Assembly: GCA_964515255.1 (NCBI GenBank)
Contig: CAZETL010000002.1
Location: 1 to 33,390 of the forward strand
Length of the DNA stretch: 33,390 bases
Source: an uncultured Bdellovibrionales bacterium
Lineage (GTDB): Bacteria > Patescibacteriota > Minisyncoccia > Moranbacterales > UBA1568
Direction: 5' to 3'
Shown here: positions 17,430 through 25,637 of the stretch, in pieces
Layout of the letters: each line of letters starts with the position of its first letter
How positions within the stretch are numbered: position 1 is the stretch's first letter
Position numbers and translations under genes: made by a program
Notes under the pieces: model-generated
Database searches by the model: none
What the model was told of the DNA's origin: nothing
Seen by the model: the letters and a program-made list of their open reading frames with translations, nothing else

Positions 17430-18854
17430 ATGTCAAGATTCTACATTACGACCGCCATTGATTACGTGAATGCGAAGCCGCACGTGGGGCATGCGCTCGA
17501 GAAAGTTCTCGCAGATACTATTGCACGCTTCCACCGCCTGTCCGGAAAGGAAACCTTTTTTCTCACCGGGTCGGACGAAAACAGCCTCAAGAATGTGCAG
17601 GCCGCAGAGAAGGCAGGAGTTCAGACAAAAGAGTTTGTCGATGCCATCGTGCTCGACTGGAAAGGTTTGCGATCCGTTCTGAATCTTTCTTTCGACGAGT
17701 TTATTCGAACAACGGAAGAGAGGCATTTCGCAGGCGCGCAAAAACTTTGGTCTTGTTTCAAATCGGACGACATCTATCGAAAGCGCTATTCCGGGCTTTA
17801 CTGCGTCGGCTGCGAAGAATATAAATTGCCGAAGGATTTGATCGAAGGAAAGTGTCCGGATCACAAGAAAGCGCCAGAACATGTGGAAGAAGAGAATTAT
17901 TTCTTCCGCCTTTCTTCATACGCGGATATTTTGAAAAAGAAAATAGAGAGTGGAGAACTCAGAATTCTTCCTGAATTTCGAAGAAACGAGATGCTTTCGT
18001 TTATCGAGATGGGACTTGAAGATTTCTCAATTTCGCGATCCGTTGATCGGGCAAAAGGCTGGGGCGTTCCTGTTCCAGGCGACCCGTCACAGATTATGTA
18101 CGTTTGGGTGGACGCGCTTTCGAACTACATTACGGCGCTTGACTATGCTGGAGACGGGGCGCTCTATGAAAAATTTTGGGCGGGTGACGGAGATCGAGTC
18201 CATGTGATCGGAAAGGGAATCCTTCGGTTCCATGCGATTTATTGGCCGGCAATGCTTCTCTCGGCCAAACTGCCGCTGCCGACGACTATCTATGCGCATG
18301 AATACCTTACGGTTGAGGGGCAGAAAATATCGAAATCGATCGGGAATACTATTGATCCAGCTGATCTCGTGGAAGCATATGGCATCGATGGAACGCGATA
18401 TCTTCTTACTGCGAGTTTGCCATATATGAAGGATGGGGATATATCCCGAAAGAGGCTTACGGAAAAATATAACTCGGATCTTGCAAACGGACTCGGGAAC
18501 CTTGTCTCGCGAGTGATGAAACTCGGCGAAAAAATGGATTCTCGCGAAGAAAGCGTTGATGAGCGCGGATTTCCGGAAGAGTTTTCGGGACTGATACAGC
18601 AATATCGTCTCAGTGAAGCGCTTGAGTATGTCTGGGATATTGTCCGCGCAAGCAACCAGTATATAGAGGAGACGAAGCCGTGGGAACTTGCAAAGACAAA
18701 TCCGAAGGAATTTGAAATCGTTATGAGAAAACTCTTCCGGGATCTTGCGCGAATTGCGGCGCTTATCGCTCCTTTCATGCCGGAGACATCTGAGAGATTG
18801 CAGTCGATGCTTGCCGCTCGGAAGGGGGGCATCCTTTTTCAGAGGATTCAATAG
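17430..18854 (+). CDS. metG: Methionine--tRNA ligase (short form, no C-terminal tRNA-binding domain)
   Basis: HIGH-type motif KPHVGHA, KMSKS-type motif KISKS and a Zn-knuckle-like CVGCEE...CPDH. Confidence 0.9.
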   Translation: MSRFYITTAIDYVNAKPHVGHALEKVLADTIARFHRLSGKETFFLTGSDENSLKNVQAAEKAGVQTKEFVDAIVLDWKGLRSVLNLSFDEFIRTTEERHFAGAQKLWSCFKSDDIYRKRYSGLYCVGCEEYKLPKDLIEGKCPDHKKAPEHVEEENYFFRLSSYADILKKKIESGELRILPEFRRNEMLSFIEMGLEDFSISRSVDRAKGWGVPVPGDPSQIMYVWVDALSNYITALDYAGDGALYEKFWAGDGDRVHVIGKGILRFHAIYWPAMLLSAKLPLPTTIYAHEYLTVEGQKISKSIGNTIDPADLVEAYGIDGTRYLLTASLPYMKDGDISRKRLTEKYNSDLANGLGNLVSRVMKLGEKMDSREESVDERGFPEEFSGLIQQYRLSEALEYVWDIVRASNQYIEETKPWELAKTNPKEFEIVMRKLFRDLARIAALIAPFMPETSERLQSMLAARKGGILFQRIQ

Positions 18855-18867
18855 TATCTGCGCGCGC

Positions 18868-19410
18868 ATGTCTACGGCGATATTTTTGAGGCAATTGGCG
18901 AAAAATTTGAGGGGAGTCGGCGCAATTATGCCGAGTTCCAAATTTCTTGCGGACAGAATGGTTTCCAAGGTCGATTTCCGATCGGCGAAAATCATCGTTG
19001 AACTTGGTCCAGGAACTGGTGTGGTGACAAAGGAAATGCTTTCCCGCATGCGACCGGACGCGCGGCTTATCGCCATTGAAACGAATGATGCGTTCTGCGA
19101 CATGCTCGAAAAACTTCGCGATGAAAGGCTTGTAGTGGTGAGGTTGTCTGCCGAGCGTCTGCCGGAGATTCTTGATGGAGGGTATGCGGATGCGATTGTT
19201 TCCGGCATCCCGCTCGCATCCCTCGGGAAGAGAGTTTCGGGGGAGATTCTTGACGCAGTCAAAGGAAGCCTTGCGCCGCATGGAGTTTTCGTACAGTTTC
19301 AATACTCCAAACTCTCTCGCCGAATGATCGAAGATCGATTCAGCTCGGTTTCGATGGATTTCGTGCCGATCAATGTTCCTCCCGCCTTTGTGTATACTGC
19401 GAGACATTGA
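18868..19410 (+). CDS. Class I SAM-dependent methyltransferase (COG3963-like)
   Basis: Motif I VELGPGTGVVT and an N-terminal IMPSSKFLA block. The ORF-track start at 18745 overlaps metG, so ATG 18868 is preferred. Confidence 0.7.
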   Translation: MSTAIFLRQLAKNLRGVGAIMPSSKFLADRMVSKVDFRSAKIIVELGPGTGVVTKEMLSRMRPDARLIAIETNDAFCDMLEKLRDERLVVVRLSAERLPEILDGGYADAIVSGIPLASLGKRVSGEILDAVKGSLAPHGVFVQFQYSKLSRRMIEDRFSSVSMDFVPINVPPAFVYTARH

Positions 19411-19475
19411 CATTTCACATATCGGTTGATACCGTACTTTTGCTGAATGTCCAGCAATTTTCTTGGAGATACGTC

Positions 19476-19853
19476 ATGGAAACAGAAACATTTGTTCCTT
19501 TTCATTTCGACGGGAATCGTTGGAATGGCCCCGTGCGACGCTTGAAGGATTGGCTGGAATTGTGCGAAGGGCATCGCAGGTACTTCTCAACTGACAGCGA
19601 AGGAGCCAATAGGATCGAATTGATGCAGAGATCCCAAGCTTCCAATATTACACAACGAGTTGAGGGGGGGGAGGTGTCTGCGCCGGACTGGTATGAGATG
19701 CCAAACTTCGGTCTCCGTGGCGAACATATTGGGCAAGACCTGACGCTGGAAGAATGGTTAAAATCGAAAGGGATGTACGAGCTCCTGCTCAATGCCGGAC
19801 TCGAGTCGGAGAACGCCCCTGTCAAAACGGACGGAGGACGGGAAGCGGCGTAG
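19476..19853 (+). CDS. Hypothetical protein (125 aa)
   Basis: ATG preceded by GGAGAT, balanced composition, and followed by the hairpin plus T-run terminator at 19877-19908. I recognised no motif. Confidence 0.5.
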   Translation: METETFVPFHFDGNRWNGPVRRLKDWLELCEGHRRYFSTDSEGANRIELMQRSQASNITQRVEGGEVSAPDWYEMPNFGLRGEHIGQDLTLEEWLKSKGMYELLLNAGLESENAPVKTDGGREAA

Positions 19854-19876
19854 AATCGCCCCGGCATTCGTCATAG

Positions 19877-19908
19877 AAAAGCCGCTTGGTTTGTCCGGCG
19901 GCTTTTTT
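19877..19908 (+). terminator. Rho-independent terminator after the 125-aa ORF
   Basis: AAAAGCCGC-(12 nt)-GCGGCTTTTTT. Confidence 0.7.
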
Positions 19909-19925
19909 CATGTTTGAATGTCTCT

Positions 19926-20747
19926 ATGATAGACTCGCACGCTCATATTCATGATGAAAAGTTCGGTGTCGATAGGGATGAAGTGGCACGCCGTGCCCGG
20001 GAAGCTGGCGTTTGCAAGATGGTGACCATCGGGACGAGTATCCAGGAAAGTCGCGACGCGGTTCAATGCGCCGAGAAATATAAGGGTGTTTTCGCGACGG
20101 TTGCTGTTCACCCGGAAGAGTATTCAAAGCTCCCGGACGTGGAATTGCAAACAGCATGGATGGAGGAGCTTTCCCGGCTATCTGAGAATCCGAAAGTTGT
20201 CGCAATAGGGGAATGCGGTTTGGATTATCATGCATTCAATGGCATTGCCATAACCGACAAGCAGAAAGAATGCCAGAAACAAGGGTTCCTCGAACATCTC
20301 GAGCTTTCTTCGCGCACTGGGAAGCCGATTGTGATCCATGCACGGGAATCATACGAAGACGTTCTTGAATTACTGCAGGCATTTGTCTCGAAGATTCCGA
20401 ATATCATCCTGCATTGCTATCAGGGGGATACAAAGATAACGGAGAAGTTTCTCGGACTCGGGGAGAAAGTGAACTTTTCATTCGCCGGGAATATCACGTA
20501 TCCCGTCAAGAAGTCGGCGCAGGGCACGGATGATGATATTCGCGAAGTCGTCAGGATGATTCCGATAGGACGGATTCTTTCGGAGACCGATTGTCCCTAT
20601 CTTGCTCCGCAGAAATTCCGCGGAACGCGGAACGAACCGGCGTACGTAGTCGAGGTAGTTCGCGCTATCGCCGAATTCAAAGCAATCTCCTTGGAAGAAA
20701 CCGCGCGCCAGACCTGCGAAAACGCGGAAAGAATTTTCAGAATATAG
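19926..20747 (+). CDS. tatD: TatD family metal-dependent hydrolase/DNase
   Basis: Blocks DSHAHI, GECGLDY, HCYQGD and ETDCPYLAP. ATG 19914 is an alternative start. Confidence 0.85.
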   Translation: MIDSHAHIHDEKFGVDRDEVARRAREAGVCKMVTIGTSIQESRDAVQCAEKYKGVFATVAVHPEEYSKLPDVELQTAWMEELSRLSENPKVVAIGECGLDYHAFNGIAITDKQKECQKQGFLEHLELSSRTGKPIVIHARESYEDVLELLQAFVSKIPNIILHCYQGDTKITEKFLGLGEKVNFSFAGNITYPVKKSAQGTDDDIREVVRMIPIGRILSETDCPYLAPQKFRGTRNEPAYVVEVVRAIAEFKAISLEETARQTCENAERIFRI

Positions 20748-20803
20748 GCCTCTTCCTCCTGTTTTTCGGTATTTGCAGGATTTTCCTTGAGAACGCTTCG
20801 CGC

Positions 20804-20835
20804 CGCCCCTTTCTTCTTTTAAGGGGCGAATTTTT
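20804..20835 (+). terminator. Rho-independent terminator after tatD
   Basis: CGCCCCTT-tcttctttt-AAGGGGCG followed by aaTTTTT. Confidence 0.65.
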
Positions 20836-20852
20836 ATCTTTTCAAAAGATAA
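20834..20852. promoter_or_regulatory. Second perfect 19-bp 9-1-9 palindrome upstream of the -35 element
   Basis: TTATCTTTT-C-AAAAGATAA. Its centre is 37 bp from the centre of the first palindrome. Confidence 0.4.
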
Positions 20853-20865
20853 GATTTTCTTCCTA

Positions 20866-20894
20866 TTGACAATGCAACTAAGTTGCATTAAAGT
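20866..20894 (+). promoter_or_regulatory. Sigma70-like promoter of the Fur-family/metal-ABC operon with an embedded 19-bp perfect palindrome (candidate operator)
   Basis: TTGACA (20866-20871), a 17-nt spacer, then TAAAGT (20889-20894). The 9-1-9 palindrome AATGCAACT-A-AGTTGCATT (20871-20889) fills the spacer. Confidence 0.6.
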
Positions 20895-20940
20895 TTGAAG
20901 TATGAAAAAGGAATCTCGAGAGAAAAATAAGGGAGGGCGA

Positions 20941-21306
20941 ATGACGGCGCGAGAACTCATTATGGACACGTTGGCGTGCTCGCCGGAGCCGATATCGGCT
21001 CCGGAAATCCTGTGCCGCCTCGCTAGACGAAAAGTTTCTTTCAATAAGACGACGATTTATCGGGAATTGGAGACGCTTCGCAATAGCGGTTCGATTCGAG
21101 AAGTCTTCTTCCGAAACGACAAAGCGTTGTATGAGCTTCCAGGGGAACACCACCACCATCTTGTCTGTACATCTTGTGGGAATGTTCGGGACGTCGCTCC
21201 GAGGGAATCGTTCGCTGACGAAGAAAAGGAAATTCTGCGCCGCGAATCTTTCCTCGTGCTCGAGCATTCTCTGGAATTTTTCGGTCTATGCCGATCATGT
21301 CGATGA
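20941..21306 (+). CDS. Fur family transcriptional regulator (Zur-like)
   Basis: Winged-helix region TTIYRELETLRNSG, then HHHHLVCTSCG...CRSC metal sites. GGGAGGG SD lies 3 nt before ATG 20941. ATG 20902 is an alternative (near-leaderless) start. Confidence 0.8.
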   Translation: MTARELIMDTLACSPEPISAPEILCRLARRKVSFNKTTIYRELETLRNSGSIREVFFRNDKALYELPGEHHHHLVCTSCGNVRDVAPRESFADEEKEILRRESFLVLEHSLEFFGLCRSCR

Positions 21307-21334
21307 CAGCAGCTTCTCGCCAGAGCAGAAATCT

Positions 21335-22282
21335 ATGAAGAAAATAATGATATTTCTCGCGTTTGCGCTTGTGATGATTGCGGCTGTTTCTTTCGTATTT
21401 GTGCGGATGGAGGGGATTAAGATGCCAAAGAGCGGAGATGATGGTTTGAATGGTGGCGCGCGGATTACGATTGCAGCAAGCTTTTATCCGCTGTATTTTT
21501 TTGCTTCTCGAATTGGCGGAAGCAGGGCGGAGGTGTTGAACATGACTCCTTCCGGCGTGGAGCCGCATGACTACGAACTGACTCCAAAAGATATGGCGAA
21601 TATTGGCCGGAGCCGCCTCATTATCGTGAACGGCGGCGGCTTGGAACCGTGGAGCGACCGAATCGAAGGAATTGTTGATGCGTCGAAAACAAAGGTGATT
21701 GCGGCAGCTAACGGGGTTTTGACTCGAAAAGAAGAAGGTGGAGACGGGGCCGAGATTGATCCGCACGCGTGGCTCTCGCCGATAGTCGCTGGGTCTCTGG
21801 CGCAGAGTATTCTGGAGGGGTTCGTGGCCGTCGATCCTGGAAATGCGGAGGAGTATCGAAAAAATGCAAAAGCTCTCCAAGAGGAGCTGTCGATCCTTGA
21901 TGTCGAATATCGGGATGGGCTTGCTCATTGCGAGAGCCGGGATATTGTTACGGCTCACTCGGCATTCGGATACCTCGCCTCGTCGTACGGACTCCGGCAA
22001 ATGCCGATTGCGGGACTTTCTCCCGATGCGGAACCATCTCTCAAGGACCTTGGCAATATCGCGGCATTCGCAAGATCAAGCGGAGTAAGATATATTTTCT
22101 TTGAGAGCCTTTCGAGTCCGAAACTTGCTGAAGCGATTGCGAAGGAGGTTGGGGTTGGGACATTGGTCCTTAATCCGATCGAAGGATTGACTCCTGACGA
22201 AGAAGCCGCCGGCATGAATTATTTCTCGGAAATGCGCTCAAATCTTTCCCATTTACGCCAGGCACTTTCATGCATGAAGTAG
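21335..22282 (+). CDS. Metal (Zn/Mn-type, ZnuA/TroA cluster) ABC transporter substrate-binding protein
   Basis: N-terminal anchor MKKIMIFLAFALVMIAAVSFVFV with blocks EPHDYELTP and DPHAWLSP. The ORF-track start at 21131 overlaps the regulator. Confidence 0.8.
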   Translation: MKKIMIFLAFALVMIAAVSFVFVRMEGIKMPKSGDDGLNGGARITIAASFYPLYFFASRIGGSRAEVLNMTPSGVEPHDYELTPKDMANIGRSRLIIVNGGGLEPWSDRIEGIVDASKTKVIAAANGVLTRKEEGGDGAEIDPHAWLSPIVAGSLAQSILEGFVAVDPGNAEEYRKNAKALQEELSILDVEYRDGLAHCESRDIVTAHSAFGYLASSYGLRQMPIAGLSPDAEPSLKDLGNIAAFARSSGVRYIFFESLSSPKLAEAIAKEVGVGTLVLNPIEGLTPDEEAAGMNYFSEMRSNLSHLRQALSCMK

Positions 22283-23010
22283 ACCACACAAAAAATATCA
22301 TCGAGGTCAACGGAGTGAGCTTTTCCTATGATGGCAGGGTTGACGTCCTAAAGGACGTGTCTTTGAGTGTTCATCGCGGAGACTTCATCGGACTCGTTGG
22401 ATCAAATGGTTCCGGGAAGACAACGCTTCTCAAATTAATACTCGGGATTCTCGTTCCGAAGACTGGGAGCATCCGTTTGTTTGGTGAAGATATTGCTATA
22501 CTTCGCGATCGGAGTCGAATCGGATATGTGCCGCAGAAAGCATCGAGTTTTTACTTGAATTTTCCCGTTTCGGTTCGTGAAGCAGTTCTGATGGGGAGGT
22601 TTGGCAAGCGGGGATTGTTTCATCGGATGAAGTCGGAAGACTGGCTATTCGTTGACGACGTCCTTGCGAGAGTCAACATGGCATCGTTTGCTGATCGGCT
22701 TGTTGGCGAATTGTCTGGCGGACAGCAGCAGCGAGTTCTCATTGCGCGCGCACTTGCCTGTGAACCGGAAATTCTTTTCTTGGATGAGCCGACGACGGGC
22801 GTGGATCAATCCGGGGAGAATGAATTCTACGAATTGTTGAGAAGCTTGAACCGGAAGCTTGATATTACTCTGGTTTTGGTATCTCACGACATTGACCGAA
22901 TGGCGCGGGAAGCTATGCATCTTGTGTGCGTCGATCAAACGGTGAAATGCTATCTTTCTCCGGAAGAATATTTCGCAAGGCGCGGCGAAATCAACGAAAA
23001 AACCCTATGA
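22270..23010 (+). CDS. Metal ABC transporter ATP-binding protein (ZnuC-like)
   Basis: Walker A GSNGSGKTT, signature LSGGQQQR and Walker B ILFLDEPT. Confidence 0.88.
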   Translation: MHEVDHTKNIIEVNGVSFSYDGRVDVLKDVSLSVHRGDFIGLVGSNGSGKTTLLKLILGILVPKTGSIRLFGEDIAILRDRSRIGYVPQKASSFYLNFPVSVREAVLMGRFGKRGLFHRMKSEDWLFVDDVLARVNMASFADRLVGELSGGQQQRVLIARALACEPEILFLDEPTTGVDQSGENEFYELLRSLNRKLDITLVLVSHDIDRMAREAMHLVCVDQTVKCYLSPEEYFARRGEINEKTL

Positions 23011-23813
23011 GTTCCGATATATTGCAGATATTCCAGTACGGGTTCATCGTCCGCGGCATTGAAGCGGGCGTCATCGTCTCTCTTGTTGCGCCGCTCGTCG
23101 GAATTTTCCTTGTTTTGCGCCGCTATTCGCTTATTGCTGATACGCTTTCCCATGTCTCCCTTGCGGGCATTGCCGGCGGAATGCTCTTTGGCATACCGCC
23201 GGTTATCTCGGCGCTTGCGGCGGCTGTCGCCGCTTCTTTCGGGATCGAACGACTGAGAAATTCCCGGAGGCTCTCCGGCGAATCTGCACTCGCTTTATTT
23301 CTGTCGGGAAGCCTTGCACTCGCATTGATTCTCATTTCGCTCGCGCACGGTTTCAATGCGAATCTCTTCAGTTACCTTTTCGGGAGCGTCGTTACAGTGA
23401 CTAATCGGGACATTGTAGTGATCGCTGCTCTTTCGGTTGTAATTGTCGGTTTGATCGCTTTGTTTTACAAGGAGCTTGTCTATGTGACATTTGACGAGGA
23501 AGCTGCTCAAGTGAGCGGTATCCCGACTCGGCTCATCAATTCGGTTTTGATACTGCTTGCCGCTGTTCTTGTGGCTCTTGCTATCCCCGTTGTCGGAGTG
23601 CTCCTTATATCGGCGCTTATCGTGATTCCGGTCGTTTCGGCGCTCCAGTTCCGGACTGGATTTGCGCGGACGATCCTCATTGCCGAGAGTATATCGGTTT
23701 TCTCGGTTGTAACAGGAATCTTCACATCCTATTTTCTGGATCTCTCGACGGGCGGGACTATCGTGATCGTCATGCTGGCGATTTTCTCGGCGATATTTTT
23801 TTGGAAGCGGTGA
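23007..23813 (+). CDS. Metal ABC transporter permease (ZnuB-like, ABC-3 family)
   Basis: Polytopic membrane profile, with an ATGA overlap onto the ATPase stop. Confidence 0.82.
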   Translation: MSSDILQIFQYGFIVRGIEAGVIVSLVAPLVGIFLVLRRYSLIADTLSHVSLAGIAGGMLFGIPPVISALAAAVAASFGIERLRNSRRLSGESALALFLSGSLALALILISLAHGFNANLFSYLFGSVVTVTNRDIVVIAALSVVIVGLIALFYKELVYVTFDEEAAQVSGIPTRLINSVLILLAAVLVALAIPVVGVLLISALIVIPVVSALQFRTGFARTILIAESISVFSVVTGIFTSYFLDLSTGGTIVIVMLAIFSAIFFWKR

Positions 23814-23832
23814 TTTCTTCGGAAAAGTTTCT

Positions 23833-24540
23833 CTATCGTCGGATCTCAACCGAAGGGAGTCTTCCAAGAAGGCGATCTCGTATTCGTTCGAGATTGAGCG
23901 ACTTCGATCTTGATTTTTCTGCAAGCGACGGATCAAAAATTTTCACGTCGCGGAATTCTTGGAGAGCGTAGCGGCGCGCACCCCGGATCCAATCCCCGAT
24001 TTCGTCGAAGTCTTCTTCTTCGTGGATGCCCGGGACCACCGTAGTGCGGAATTCGTAGTCGGCACCGCTTTCCATGATGAGGCGCGCGCTTTCTCGGAAT
24101 CGATCGATGGCGATATGGGGATTCCCGGAAGCAATCGAGTATTTTTCAGGGGCGTGCTTGATGTCCATCGCCCAGAAATCAATGAGATTCGTTTGCATGA
24201 GGAGCCGTACTTTTTCGGGGAAGGCGCCGTTTGTATCGAGTTTTACGAGGAAGCCGAGCGATTTTATTTCCCGGATAAATTCCTCGAGATCGGGCTGGAG
24301 CGTCGGTTCGCCGCCGGTGATGCAGACGCCGTCGAGTTTCCCTTGCCTCTTCTTGAGAAATTCGAGGAATTCGCCAGCTTTGTCGCCGCCTGTCTGCGCA
24401 AGATACTCATCGGTCGGCTCGATGAGTTCCGGATTGTGGCAGAACGGACACCGGAGGGCGCAGCCGATCGTAAAGGCGACGGAAGCGATTTTCCCGGGGT
24501 AGTCGAGGAGCGTGAGCGGATGGTATCCGGCGAGACGCAT
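23833..24540 (-). CDS. nrdG: Anaerobic ribonucleoside-triphosphate reductase activating protein (radical SAM)
   Basis: CALRCPFCHNPE (CxxxCxxC) cluster near the N-terminus, GGEPTLQ block, and nrd-locus context. Confidence 0.88.
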   Translation of the reverse strand: MRLAGYHPLTLLDYPGKIASVAFTIGCALRCPFCHNPELIEPTDEYLAQTGGDKAGEFLEFLKKRQGKLDGVCITGGEPTLQPDLEEFIREIKSLGFLVKLDTNGAFPEKVRLLMQTNLIDFWAMDIKHAPEKYSIASGNPHIAIDRFRESARLIMESGADYEFRTTVVPGIHEEEDFDEIGDWIRGARRYALQEFRDVKIFDPSLAEKSRSKSLNLERIRDRLLGRLPSVEIRR

Positions 24541-24544
24541 ATTC

Positions 24545-24573
24545 TTGACATGACTAGTTATCTGTGATAAAAT
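24545..24573 (+). promoter_or_regulatory. Near-consensus sigma70 promoter for the 81-aa ORF
   Basis: TTGACA (24545-24550), a 17-nt spacer, then TAAAAT (24568-24573). A GTTAGC-ATTCG-GCTAAC hairpin (24579-24595) lies in the predicted leader. Confidence 0.6.
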
Positions 24574-24614
24574 GGTAAGTTAGCATTCGGCTAACGGTGG
24601 CGTAGGAGGAAGTC

Positions 24615-24860
24615 ATGAGTCACAACGAATTTTCGATAGTACCGGGCGTATATCGGGCAGTAGTCTGCGCGCAAGACCTTACGCCAACAGGGATGATGGA
24701 CGCGGAAGTGATGATCTTCCCCGATGGAACCGGGAAGTTTATGTGTTCGCGGAACGGGATCGTATCTCAGTATCCGAACGTCCATATTCGTACGGATAGG
24801 GGCGAGGGATTGAGGGAGATTGTCCGCGTGGGAGTGAGGCTGAATATCGTCGATGATTGA
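24615..24860 (+). CDS. Hypothetical 81-aa protein forming an independent opposite-strand unit inside the nrd locus
   Basis: AGGAGG lies 5 nt upstream of the ATG. A TTGACA-17-TAAAAT promoter is at 24545-24573 and a hairpin plus T-run terminator at 24887-24930. Composition is more protein-like than the overlapping minus-strand ORF. Confidence 0.6.
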   Translation: MSHNEFSIVPGVYRAVVCAQDLTPTGMMDAEVMIFPDGTGKFMCSRNGIVSQYPNVHIRTDRGEGLREIVRVGVRLNIVDD

Positions 24861-24886
24861 CGAGGGATATTCAGCTATCAATTTCA

Positions 24887-24930
24887 AAGGACGGCATTAC
24901 TTATGTGTGCTGTCCTTCTTTATTTTCATT
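24887..24930 (+). terminator. Terminator between the convergent 81-aa ORF (+) and the glycyl-radical mini-ORF (-)
   Basis: AAGGACGGCA-(11 nt)-TGCTGTCCTT (one G.U pair) followed by CTTTATTTTCATTTTT. The T-run is strong only on the plus strand. Confidence 0.6.
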
Positions 24931-24958
24931 TTTACCCCCACATTTTCTCTCCGAATGG

Positions 24959-25210
24959 TCATGCTGCGCTCGGGATGTATTCGAGGCGGTCGCCATATTC
25001 CTGCTGCTTCCCTTTGTTCCACTGTTCGACGGGGCGGATATAGCCGACGACTCGAGTGTAGACTTCCGCTTTCTGGAAATCGGCGAGCGCGGGATTCATC
25101 TCGTGGCAGGAGCGGCATTTTGCAAAGGTTTCGCCGCTTGCCTCATAGGGCATATATTCCTCACCTTTCTTCAGTGTCTTTTCGCAATCGTGGCACGTTA
25201 TCGCTTGCAT
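24959..25210 (-). CDS. Free-standing NrdD C-terminal module: zinc ribbon plus glycyl-radical loop (83 aa)
   Basis: CHDC-x22-CRSC, then EVYTRVVGYIRPVEQWNKGKQQEYGDR. This matches the RVxGY..WN.GK..E glycyl-radical tail normally found at the C-terminus of NrdD. Confidence 0.75.
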   Translation of the reverse strand: MQAITCHDCEKTLKKGEEYMPYEASGETFAKCRSCHEMNPALADFQKAEVYTRVVGYIRPVEQWNKGKQQEYGDRLEYIPSAA

Positions 25211-25301
25211 ACTCTTTTTGTTAGAGATTATTTTTTACATTTTTTGGCGGCGTGGAGGGATGTTTTTTTAAGAAAATCTTGGCAGCTTGCTCCTGAGTGA
25301 T

Positions 25302-25604
25302 TCATCTGGGAATCTCTTCCCACTGTACCCCTGATTCAAACGCATTCACATCCTCTTCGTATTGTTCGCGCGTTGCTCGAATGGTTATCGAATCAATATG
25401 CAATTTTGTTCCATGCATGTCCAGAAGTGCTTTCGCCTCCCTTGCTTTATTGACGCCGACCCAGTTGGCAACTATTGAGAAACGAGCGGAGGGATTTCTT
25501 CTAATTCTTTCTCGCAAAGAAGAAACAAAACTTCCGAAATCCACCTTGTTAAATTCTACGCCGAGTTCGAGCGGGAGCTCTTTTTCGGCGGGAATTCTTT
25601 CCAT
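25302..25604 (-). CDS. Hypothetical 100-aa protein inserted between the two NrdD pieces
   Basis: Own AAGGA SD upstream of the ATG. No Cys, and no HNH, GIY-YIG or LAGLIDADG motif that I recognised. Confidence 0.55.
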   Translation of the reverse strand: MERIPAEKELPLELGVEFNKVDFGSFVSSLRERIRRNPSARFSIVANWVGVNKAREAKALLDMHGTKLHIDSITIRATREQYEEDVNAFESGVQWEEIPR

Positions 25605-25637
25605 AAGTTTTTCCTTACCAATTATTTTTTTGAATTT

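Noticed and set aside
18087-19262. A 391-aa minus-strand ORF
   Set aside because: It is an antisense shadow spanning metG and the methyltransferase, both of which have clear family motifs on the plus strand.
24591-24887. A 98-aa minus-strand ORF between the glycyl-radical mini-ORF and nrdG
   Set aside because: Its composition is Arg/His/Pro-rich, typical of an antisense shadow, and it has no RBS. The overlapping plus-strand 81-aa ORF has a consensus promoter, SD and terminator.
25211-25637. An intein or self-splicing intron interrupting nrdD
   Set aside because: An intein is excluded because the large ORF ends in a genuine in-frame TAA. The downstream ORFs have their own start codons and RBS-like sequences, and no intein splice-junction blocks (N-terminal C/S, C-terminal HN+C/S/T) are visible. 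A group I/II intron cannot be formally excluded without RNA data. However, the 83-aa ORF carries its own complete CxxC...CxxC zinc ribbon upstream of the Gly loop, which argues for a real separate protein.
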